From: an uncultured Desulfobacteraceae bacterium
GTDB lineage: Bacteria > Desulfobacterota > Desulfobacteria > Desulfobacterales > SKZT01
NCBI GenBank assembly: GCA_964478625.1
Contig: CAYZJH010000014.1
Coordinates: 7,098 to 71,097 of the forward strand
Reading direction: 5' to 3'
Length of the DNA: 64,000 nt
In this document: positions 55,949-64,000 of the stretch, piece after piece
Position numbering within the stretch: the stretch's first letter is position 1
Layout: each line of letters starts with the position of its first letter
Notes under the pieces: generated by a model
Told to the model about the DNA's origin: nothing
The model's input: the letters and a program-made list of their open reading frames with translations, nothing else
Database searches by the model: none
Position numbers and translations under genes: made by a program

Positions 55949-57025
55949 TTAAAGCTTTTCATTTATCAGATGCATGAACTTTCTGTCAGCACCCGGAAAC
56001 GGGAAAAGCTCCAGTTCATCGACGGTAACCCAGCGATAATCCACCGGGCCGTTTAGTTTAAGATCACCCGAAACATAGGTGCAGTTATAAATGTCCATCT
56101 TGATTTTAAAGTGGGTATATGTGTGCCTGATACGAGTCAGAAAGGATTCGACAGAAATATCCAGATTGACTTCTTCTTTAATTTCCCTGACACATGCCTG
56201 CTCTGGCGTTTCATTCTCACGAACCTTGCCTCCGGGAAATTCCCATAATCCTCCAAGATGCCCTTCGGGTTTACGGCGGGTTATTAAAATTCTGCCACTT
56301 TTTCTGATGATTGCCGCAGACACTTGATACTCAGGAGATTTTTTTTTGGGATGCCGTTTGGGGAATTGAGGGATCAGGTCTTGTTGATAAGCCCCGCATA
56401 AAGCAATAAGAGGGCATATTCCACAAACCGGGTTCCGGGGTTTGCAAATCAAGGCACCCAACTCCATGAGGGCCTGGTTGAAAATACCCTGATGTTCATT
56501 GCTATGCCTATCTAAAAATCCGGATGCGCACTGATAAAATACTTTGTGAGCCGAGGCATCGTTTACAGGGGTATCAATTAAAAAAAGTCTTGATAACACG
56601 CGTTTGACGTTTCCATCCACCACCGGACACGGCTTGTGAAAAGCAATACTTGCCACTGCAGCGGCCGTATAATTTCCCATACCGGGCAAGTTTTTCAATT
56701 CTTTAAAAGAGGATGGAATTTTTCCATGATGGTTGTTGACGATTTCGATGGCGGCACGATGAAGGTTTCGGGCTCTGGCATAGTAGCCCATTCCCTCCCA
56801 GGCTTTTAAAACACTTTCCTGATCAGCCGCAGCAAGAGAATGGATACTCGGAAATTGCCGCAAAAACTTATAAAAATAGGGAATTACCGTATTGACCTGT
56901 GTCTGTTGAAGCATCACCTCCGATATCCATATGGCATATGGATCGGCCGATTGACGCCAGGGAAGATTTCGTTTGTTTTTCAAATACCATTCAGTCAGGC
57001 TTTTTCGAATTAAGTTGTATTGCAT
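55949..57025 (-). CDS. mutY: A/G-specific adenine glycosylase
   Basis: WISEVMLQQTQV, WEGMGYYARARNL, VDGNVKRV, C.P.NP.C..CP, NUDIX-like tail. Confidence 0.96.
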   Translation of the reverse strand: MQYNLIRKSLTEWYLKNKRNLPWRQSADPYAIWISEVMLQQTQVNTVIPYFYKFLRQFPSIHSLAAADQESVLKAWEGMGYYARARNLHRAAIEIVNNHHGKIPSSFKELKNLPGMGNYTAAAVASIAFHKPCPVVDGNVKRVLSRLFLIDTPVNDASAHKVFYQCASGFLDRHSNEHQGIFNQALMELGALICKPRNPVCGICPLIALCGAYQQDLIPQFPKRHPKKKSPEYQVSAAIIRKSGRILITRRKPEGHLGGLWEFPGGKVRENETPEQACVREIKEEVNLDISVESFLTRIRHTYTHFKIKMDIYNCTYVSGDLKLNGPVDYRWVTVDELELFPFPGADRKFMHLINEKL

Positions 57026-57179
57026 GAATACGTGAAAACCATTACCTCACTAATCAAAAATTAAAAGAATGGGGTTCGAGTGTCCTGAATTCCAACCGGC
57101 ACTTCAGAAAATATCTTCTTTTCCGCCATCAGGACTCAGGGAATCGCTTCATTAAAATGGCCTGCAAAATCGTTAATCT

Positions 57180-57377
57180 TCAATGCATGAAAAATTTTAT
57201 GAAAAGAGGCAACGATATCGCCACAAGGATTAATATGCCGGGAATTGAAATATACGGGGCATACCACGGTTTTTGCTGTATTTTTGCTTTTTTGACTTCC
57301 GCCAAAAACCAGTTGCCAAGCAGAAAGGCCGCGATGAGCACCGGAATATATTTAATGACTTCTAAAAAGGACGACAC
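57180..57377 (-). CDS. Small two-TM membrane protein
   Basis: Two hydrophobic segments flanking KAKIQQKPWYAPY. Confidence 0.6.
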   Translation of the reverse strand: MSSFLEVIKYIPVLIAAFLLGNWFLAEVKKAKIQQKPWYAPYISIPGILILVAISLPLFIKFFMH

Positions 57378-57417
57378 CGAAACTGAATCCTTTCTTTAAG
57401 ATAATGGTTGATAAAAC

Positions 57418-57891
57418 TCATTTATCGATTTTTGAAGGTTTTGTTATTATGGTTCGCAAGAGATCCTCTTTGCCGACAATCCCGACCAGGTTGCCGTCAT
57501 CATCCAAAACCGGAAGTGTATGAAATTTTTTATCGGCCATCAAAGATGCCACAGCTTCAATTCCGGTATCCGGTCTTACGGTCACAGGTTTTAGGGTCAT
57601 GGCCTCAGCCACGGTAATGGCCGCAATTTTTTGAATTTCACTTTCCATTTTTTTTACTGAAGTCAATGGAATAAAACCATCCAGGAATGTAAAAAGATTT
57701 GGAATGGGAAGACTTTTCTGCTGGGCCACCAAGTCGCTTTGACAAATAATCCCAACGACTTTCCCATTGTCATCCACCACCGGAAGACCATTGAATCGAT
57801 TTTCGAGAAGAAGCCTGGCAGCCTCCAAAATTTCAGTTTCAGGTTTGACACTGATGATGTTTGTGGACATGATGTCCTTTACTTTAATCAT
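57418..57891 (-). CDS. CBS-domain protein
   Basis: Two CBS repeats (VKDIMS...GLPVVD; VAEAMT...TLPVLD); ATG 57891 after GGAGG. Confidence 0.9.
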   Translation of the reverse strand: MIKVKDIMSTNIISVKPETEILEAARLLLENRFNGLPVVDDNGKVVGIICQSDLVAQQKSLPIPNLFTFLDGFIPLTSVKKMESEIQKIAAITVAEAMTLKPVTVRPDTGIEAVASLMADKKFHTLPVLDDDGNLVGIVGKEDLLRTIITKPSKIDK

Positions 57892-58289
57892 GATCCCTCC
57901 CGTTTTTTTTCCGCTATTGAGTGCCTGCATTAGGAGTCCCCCATGCGGATGGATCGGGGAAATGCAAGAAAACTTGCCGAGATGATCCTCCCAAATCTGC
58001 TGCGAGAGGAGATACCGGGTTTTCTTTTCAGGCACTATCCCAAGCGATCGTTTCTTGTCATCTGCCTTTTTTCTGAATACCTTATGATGAAGCGGTATGT
58101 CAATATTTCCAGTTAAAACGTTTTTGACATTGCACGGACCATTGCTTTTTTTACGGACAAGTTTCCAAAGCCTTTGCCTTATCCTGGGATATGTGAGAAA
58201 ATAAATTAGCTGTCAAGGTCATAAAATCTTCAACATCCGGTTATTGAACAGTACGTTAAACCATATCAGGTATTCACCATCAATGAGGT

Positions 58290-59618
58290 ATGCCGATGAA
58301 AATGCCATCCATCAAAACGTCTCTGCCTGGACCCAAAGCCTCTGAATTGATCAAAGTAGATATGAAATATGTGTCTCCGTCGTATACAAGGATATATCCT
58401 CTTGTGGCGGAATGCGGGGAGGGGCTCTGGATTCGGGATGTTGACGGAAATTCATTTTTGGATTTCACTGCCGGCATTGCCGTTTGTGCGAGCGGACACT
58501 GCCATCCGAAAGTGGTAAAAGCCATCCAGGATCAGGCTGAAAAACTCCTTCACATGTCGGGCACAGATTTTTACTACACACCTCAAATCCGACTTGCGGA
58601 AAAGCTTTCCTCATTGGCAAGCAATGGAGATCACAAGGTATATTTTGGAAATTCCGGAGCCGAGGCTGTGGAAGCGGCTTTCAAGCTGGCACGCTGGCAC
58701 AGCAAGCGAGAACTTAATCTCGCCTTTTACGGAGCCTTTCACGGACGTACCATGGGGGCTTTGTCGCTGACTGCTAGCAAAACCATTCAACGAAAACATT
58801 ACAACCCGCTTGTGCCGGGTATCACTCATATCCCCTACCCTTATTGTTACCGATGTCCCTTCCACCTGTGTTATCCCGACTGCGGAACCACCTGTGTCCG
58901 CTGGATAGAGGACACCCTTTTCAGAACCACGATTCCCCCGGAAGAAGTCGCCGCCGTTTTTGTGGAACCGATTCAGGGTGAAGGAGGTTATATTGTTCCT
59001 CCCCCTGAATTTCACCAGGAACTTTTCCGGCTGATGAAAAAATATGATATCCTGTATGTAGCCGATGAAGTTCAATCCGGTATGGGGAGAACCGGAAAAA
59101 TGTTTGCCATGGAACATTTCAATGTCGTGCCGGACATGATGGCGCTTGCTAAGGGGATTGCCTCAGGTATGCCGCTGGGTGCGCTCCTGGCAAAATCCCC
59201 GATTATGACCTGGGAGGCCGGTTCGCACGCTTCCACTTTCGGCGGAAATCCGCTCTCATGCCAGGCTGCCATGGCTACCATAGAACTTCTTCAGGAATCC
59301 CTTATCGAAAATGCGGAGCGACAAGGCAAACGTCTCATGGACGGACTTTTTACGCTTCAAAAAAGATATGAATGTCTGGGCGATGTTCGCGGTAAAGGAT
59401 TGATGGTGGCGGTGGAGTTTGTGAAAGACCGGGAAAAACGGACCCCCGATGCCCAAATCCGTGACTGGGTTATTCAGGAGGCTTTTAAAAAAGGACTGTT
59501 ATTGTTGGGATGTGGAGTCAACAACATACGGTTCTGCCCTGCTTTGACTGCGAGCCCTGATGAAATCGACGTCTGTTTGCAAATTTTTGGTGAATCGGTT
59601 AAAGCCGCAATTCATTAA
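58290..59618 (+). CDS. Class III PLP aminotransferase (GABA/ornithine/lysine type)
   Basis: NSGAEAVEAA, FHGRT, EPIQGEGG, DEVQSGMGRTG, LAKGIASG, HASTFGG. Confidence 0.92.
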   Translation: MPMKMPSIKTSLPGPKASELIKVDMKYVSPSYTRIYPLVAECGEGLWIRDVDGNSFLDFTAGIAVCASGHCHPKVVKAIQDQAEKLLHMSGTDFYYTPQIRLAEKLSSLASNGDHKVYFGNSGAEAVEAAFKLARWHSKRELNLAFYGAFHGRTMGALSLTASKTIQRKHYNPLVPGITHIPYPYCYRCPFHLCYPDCGTTCVRWIEDTLFRTTIPPEEVAAVFVEPIQGEGGYIVPPPEFHQELFRLMKKYDILYVADEVQSGMGRTGKMFAMEHFNVVPDMMALAKGIASGMPLGALLAKSPIMTWEAGSHASTFGGNPLSCQAAMATIELLQESLIENAERQGKRLMDGLFTLQKRYECLGDVRGKGLMVAVEFVKDREKRTPDAQIRDWVIQEAFKKGLLLLGCGVNNIRFCPALTASPDEIDVCLQIFGESVKAAIH

Positions 59619-59658
59619 AATCTGAAGGTTTTACCGTTTCCGGAAGGAGCTTTTCATC

Positions 59659-61209
59659 ATGAAATCAATACTAGAAAAACTGGATTTACACCCCAAAGAA
59701 TCCGGAGCAGGCACCGGAACATGGTTAAAATGCAACGGTGAAATTCTGACCGGTTTTACCCCGATAACCGGTGAAATCCTCTCTGAAATCGAATGTGCCG
59801 ACCAGAACAACTATCATCAAGTTGTGGAAAAAAGTATTGAGGCCTTTAAATACTGGCGACAAATTCCGGCACCTAAACGCGGAGAAATAGTCCGGCAAAT
59901 GGGAAATGCACTCAGGGAAAATAAAGAGGCATTGGGTGGGCTGATCACTCTTGAGGTTGGAAAAATTCGGGCTGAGGGCGAAGGGGAAATCCAAGAAATG
60001 ATTGATATGGCGGATTTTGCTGTGGGACAATCCCGGATGCTCTATGGAATGACCATGCAGAGTGAAAGGCCCATGCACCGGATGTACGAACAGTGGCTTC
60101 CCCTGGGTCCTGTCGGGGTAATCACCGCCTTTAATTTCCCTGGTGCGGTATGGGCCTGGAACGCCATGATAGCTTTGGTTGCAGGAGATACGGTTATCTG
60201 GAAACCTTCCTCAAAGGCCCCACTGACCGCGATTGCCATTATGAAAATCCTTTGGAAGGTTCTCAGGGAAAACAATCTTCCAGACGGTATTTTAAACCTG
60301 ATAGTGGGAAACCGAAGGCATGTGGGAGAGCCATTGATTCATGACGGCCGGGTGCCGCTGATATCTGCAACCGGAAGTGTCCCCATGGGTAAGCATGTGA
60401 GCAAGGCTGTCGCTTCAAGATTGGGGAAGACACTTCTTGAACTTGGCGGAAACAACGGCATTATCGTCACCCAAAATGCAGATATGGATCTTGCTGTCAG
60501 AGCTATTGTATTTGGTGCAATCGGCACCGCAGGACAGCGATGCACAACCACCCGAAGGATTATTGTTCACGAAGATGTTTATGACGAATTATCCGGAGCG
60601 CTTATCCAGGCCTACCAGCAGGTGAAAATCGGCAACCCGCTTCTTCCCGACATACTCATGGGCCCGCTGATTGACCGGGATGCCGTAAAGAATATGCAGA
60701 ATGCCCTCAAAGAGCTGAGAAAGCAGGGAGGAACCGTTTTATATGGCGGACAGGAACTTACCGGAAAAGGGTATGAATCAGGAACTTATGTTGTTCCCGG
60801 TATTTGTGAGGCCCGCGCCGAAATGCCCATTGTCTCTCAGGAAACCTTTGCTCCGATCCTGTACCTGATCAGGTACAAATCACTGTCTGAAGCTATTGAT
60901 TACCACAATGCCGTGCCCCAGGGACTTTCCTCGGCCATATTTACAAAAGACCTTCAGGAAGCCGAAACCTTTCTAAGTCAGAACGGAAGTGACTGCGGTA
61001 TTGCCAATGTCAATATCGGTACCTCGGGTGCTGAAATCGGAGGAGCATTCGGAGGGGAAAAAGAAACCGGCGGAGGTCGTGAGGCCGGTTCTGATTCCTG
61101 GAAGGCTTATATGCGAAGGCAAACCTGCACCATCAACTGGTCAAAAGAACTTCCTTTGGCACAGGGCATTCGGTTTGGTATCGAGCAGCCGGATGAATCT
61201 GCCAAGTAA
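59659..61209 (+). CDS. ALDH7-like aldehyde dehydrogenase (aminoadipate-semialdehyde/P6C dehydrogenase type)
   Basis: TAFNFP, WKPS, LELGGNN, GQRCTT, ETFAP, GAEIGGAFGGEKETGGGRE.GSDSWK. Confidence 0.9.
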   Translation: MKSILEKLDLHPKESGAGTGTWLKCNGEILTGFTPITGEILSEIECADQNNYHQVVEKSIEAFKYWRQIPAPKRGEIVRQMGNALRENKEALGGLITLEVGKIRAEGEGEIQEMIDMADFAVGQSRMLYGMTMQSERPMHRMYEQWLPLGPVGVITAFNFPGAVWAWNAMIALVAGDTVIWKPSSKAPLTAIAIMKILWKVLRENNLPDGILNLIVGNRRHVGEPLIHDGRVPLISATGSVPMGKHVSKAVASRLGKTLLELGGNNGIIVTQNADMDLAVRAIVFGAIGTAGQRCTTTRRIIVHEDVYDELSGALIQAYQQVKIGNPLLPDILMGPLIDRDAVKNMQNALKELRKQGGTVLYGGQELTGKGYESGTYVVPGICEARAEMPIVSQETFAPILYLIRYKSLSEAIDYHNAVPQGLSSAIFTKDLQEAETFLSQNGSDCGIANVNIGTSGAEIGGAFGGEKETGGGREAGSDSWKAYMRRQTCTINWSKELPLAQGIRFGIEQPDESAK

Positions 61210-61385
61210 CGGCTTGATACCGCATTGAAAAGCCTGTAAAGTAATAACCAATCATGGCTGGAATAATCCGCTTTTGGAAAATTAAATTGGTTAAGGGGTT
61301 GAAAAAAAGGAATTTTTACTTACTTAACTCTATGGAAAAATTTTAAAAAAATATTTTTCAAAAAATTAGCAGGGAGATTAAATAA

Positions 61386-63032
61386 ATGGCTAACGGAAAC
61401 GATTACTCAGGCGGAGGCGGACCCCAAATGGGGCCTCAGGATGAACAGGCTTTTCTTGCATATTTAAAAAATACATTTTCACAGCTTCCGAATGAAATTT
61501 CTCTCATTCTGTTTTCCAAACCCGGCGATCAGGATATTTTCAGTGAAGCCAACCGAAGAGTGATTCGTGCATTCAGAGAACTTACGGACAAAATCAAATT
61601 TCGGGAATTCAGCCTTGATCATAAAGAGGCCCAAAAATATCAGGTGGAATTTCCATCGACGCTTCTGATTGCACCAGACCGTTACAATATCCGATGGATT
61701 GGAGCGCCGGTTGGTGAAGAGGGGCGTACATTTCTGGAAACATTGCTCCTGGTCGGCATGGGTAAAAGCAATCTGAACGAGCAGGCTGCAAAAATTATCC
61801 GACAGATCGACACCCCGCGGGATATCAAAGTGTTTGTAAGTCCATCCTGCCCGTATTGCCCGCAACAGGCGGTAAACGGAGTTAAGGCTGCTATTGAAAA
61901 TCCTGAGATGATTTCCCTGGAGTTGATCGATATCCAATGCAGTCCGGAACTGGCCGATCAATATGCGGCTCACAGTGTTCCCCAGACCTTTGCTAACGAT
62001 ATGATCATCGCCATGGGTGCCCAACCTGAGGAACTTTTTGCATCTTCCGTGGACAAGCTGGAACAGCAGACCATTTTTATACCGGATAGTGACGCCGAAT
62101 TAGTGGAACTGGATGTATTGATTGTAGGAGGCGGACCTGCAGGATTGACTGCCGGCATCTACGCAGCCAGGAGCGGACTCAATACCGCCATCGTTGAAAG
62201 GGCCGCATTGGGTGGCCAGGTAGCAACCACCCCCATTGTGGAAAACTATCCGGGGTTTACTTCTGTGGGTGGAAAAACCCTGGTGGATATCATGGTAAGC
62301 CATGCCCTGGAATATGTGCAGATTTTTCAGGGGGAGGAAGTTATCGAAGTCGAAACAGGGTTTCCTATCAAGGTGACCACCACAAGGCGAAGGTTTGAAA
62401 CCAAAACGCTTTTACTTGCAACAGGCGCTACATACAAGCATCTTGGAATCCCGGGTGAAGATCGCCTAGCCGGAAGGGGGGTCAGCTATTGCAGTACATG
62501 TGACGGACCTTTGTTTAAAGGCAAAAAGGTGATTATGGTCGGTGGTGGAAACAGTGCAGTCACCGAGGCTTTACATCTTCATAATATCGGAGTGAATGTC
62601 ACCCTGATTCACCGGAGAGACACCTTAAGGGCACAGGAGTTCTTAAGCAAACAGCTTGTGGAAAACAATATCCCGGTCATCTGGAATACGGAAGTCAAAG
62701 AAATATTAGGCCAAGAAAGGGTGGAAGCTGTTAAACTGCTCAACAACAAAACAGGGGAAACCAGTACCATGGATATCAATGGCGTATTTATCGCCATCGG
62801 ATATGAACCTGCTGTAGGACTGGCCCAAAAAATCGGCGTCGAATTAAATGATGATGGGTACATCAAACAGGATGGAAGACACAGAACCAATATACCGGGG
62901 GTCTATTCAGCAGGAGATGTGGAAGGCGGTTTCAAACAGATCGTCACCGCAGCAGGACAGGGATCGGAAGCAGCGATTGTCATTTTCGAAGACCTGATCA
63001 ATCCGTATTGGAAACAGAAAAAAGCGGTTTAA
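61386..63032 (+). CDS. Thioredoxin-fold (CPYC) plus thioredoxin reductase fusion, AhpF-like
   Basis: FVSPSCPYCP; GGGPAG, ENYPG, GVSYCSTCDG, GGGNSA, GDV....KQIVTA. Confidence 0.9.
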   Translation: MANGNDYSGGGGPQMGPQDEQAFLAYLKNTFSQLPNEISLILFSKPGDQDIFSEANRRVIRAFRELTDKIKFREFSLDHKEAQKYQVEFPSTLLIAPDRYNIRWIGAPVGEEGRTFLETLLLVGMGKSNLNEQAAKIIRQIDTPRDIKVFVSPSCPYCPQQAVNGVKAAIENPEMISLELIDIQCSPELADQYAAHSVPQTFANDMIIAMGAQPEELFASSVDKLEQQTIFIPDSDAELVELDVLIVGGGPAGLTAGIYAARSGLNTAIVERAALGGQVATTPIVENYPGFTSVGGKTLVDIMVSHALEYVQIFQGEEVIEVETGFPIKVTTTRRRFETKTLLLATGATYKHLGIPGEDRLAGRGVSYCSTCDGPLFKGKKVIMVGGGNSAVTEALHLHNIGVNVTLIHRRDTLRAQEFLSKQLVENNIPVIWNTEVKEILGQERVEAVKLLNNKTGETSTMDINGVFIAIGYEPAVGLAQKIGVELNDDGYIKQDGRHRTNIPGVYSAGDVEGGFKQIVTAAGQGSEAAIVIFEDLINPYWKQKKAV

Positions 63033-63415
63033 GATTAATTGATTGTATTTAGGAACCCTTTTAATGGCATTCCACAACAGGCCGGTATCCTGCTCAATCA
63101 TTCCATTTTCCGGATTCCGGCCTTTTCCCATGGTCGTCAAATTCAGGTACTCAGCACGCAGTAAAAGGTCGCCGTTCGCAGGAGGCTAACATCCTCATTA
63201 ATTATACGGCACTCACTCAAAAGCCGATGAAAATCCATTCCTTCAATTCGGCACAGTCTGATTTTGTTTCAACTTGGAGTCGGATCTGGTGATTGATTCG
63301 GTGGCGGTAAAAGAGATACTTCGGTCACCGTGGTTTCAATCAACTGATTAGAAAATATTTTCTTTTCAGACATCAAGGCGTTGTGAGCCGCTTCCTTAGA
63401 AAGACATGCACCAGA

Positions 63416-64000
63416 TTACTTTTCCGGCAAATACTTTCCGCTGACGCACCTTTCCTCGATACCTTTTGAAATGACCAGTTTTTTCCCGGTCTTCATTCCA
63501 TCCGAAAGCACACCATAATCTTGATTGGAACTTGTACGGCTGGATGTAGTTATTCTGGGATATCTGTAACGATGGTAGTTTTCAAGCTGATAATCATTTA
63601 TTCTGGTCATGGCAAATGTCGGGGTTGACTGATGCTGCACCGAAAATTGTTGCGACTCCAGCTTTCGGCGAAAACCTCTCACAATGCCAACGGCAAAATC
63701 GGTTTTGCGGAAAAAATTCAACCCTTTGCTTTTGTTATATTTAATCCATTCGGATTCAATGTAGTTTTTGATCACATCAAAGACATATGAAGCAATCTTG
63801 AGATTTTGAATCGTGCCGGTGATTTCCAGCACTCGGCCCATCTTGTCTTTTTCAATCACATAGGAGGGTATCCATATGCATTTGACAAAATAAAAAGATT
63901 CCAGAAGCGAAGCCAATGCATACACATCCCGTGTATGCCGAAGGGCGGGTTGACCAAGGAAAATACTCATAAATTGGCGTTGCCTGTTTTTTTCTATAAT
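63416..64000 (-). CDS. DUF2786/SprT-associated protein, C-terminal part, open to window edge
   Basis: Frame stays open to 64000; LEITGT..N..IA.YV, DFAVG...G and G...G tail resemble DUF2786-family C-termini. Confidence 0.6.
   Translation of the reverse strand: MIEKNRQRQFMSIFLGQPALRHTRDVYALASLLESFYFVKCIWIPSYVIEKDKMGRVLEITGTIQNLKIASYVFDVIKNYIESEWIKYNKSKGLNFFRKTDFAVGIVRGFRRKLESQQFSVQHQSTPTFAMTRINDYQLENYHRYRYPRITTSSRTSSNQDYGVLSDGMKTGKKLVISKGIEERCVSGKYLPEK

Noticed and set aside
57892-58035. N-terminal extension of the CBS ORF
   Set aside because: GGAGG RBS directly precedes ATG 57891; the extension has no domain features
63120-63160. TPP-riboswitch-like words on the minus strand (GCTGAG, CCTGA, GGGAA)
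   Set aside because: Spacing is too compressed for P2-P5 and no thiamine gene follows

Overview
Chromosomal, mostly housekeeping and accessory window from an anaerobic deltaproteobacterium, probably Desulfobacterales-like (inferred from gene content only). No rRNA, tRNA, CRISPR array, transposase or prophage was seen. Recognisable genes: panB-panE, rplM-rpsI, a four-gene 2-oxoacid (pyruvate-type) dehydrogenase operon, queDECF, ino1, an NdvB-like glucan synthase, ADP-forming acyl-CoA synthetase alpha/beta, mutY, and an AhpF-like thioredoxin reductase fusion. The top finding is missed by the ORF track: a 112-codon gene at 48723-49061 (+) with a strong RBS, a signal-peptide-like leader and three in-frame UGA codons. 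Each UGA lies in an S-[SG]-U-G-[AG]-K motif and is followed by a SECIS-like hairpin. The gene sits just upstream of a radical SAM/SPASM maturase, i.e. a triple-selenocysteine RiPP precursor of the selenobacteriocin/SbtA type. Immediately upstream is an orphan tssJ-tssL-tssM (T6SS membrane complex) with no tssK or tail genes in the window. Other leads: a translationally coupled CYTH-EEP-(SLOG-like/ADP-ribosyltransferase-like) operon, an ANTAR two-hairpin/terminator leader beside a GAF-ANTAR gene, a preQ1-I-like leader before queD, and REP-type palindromes.
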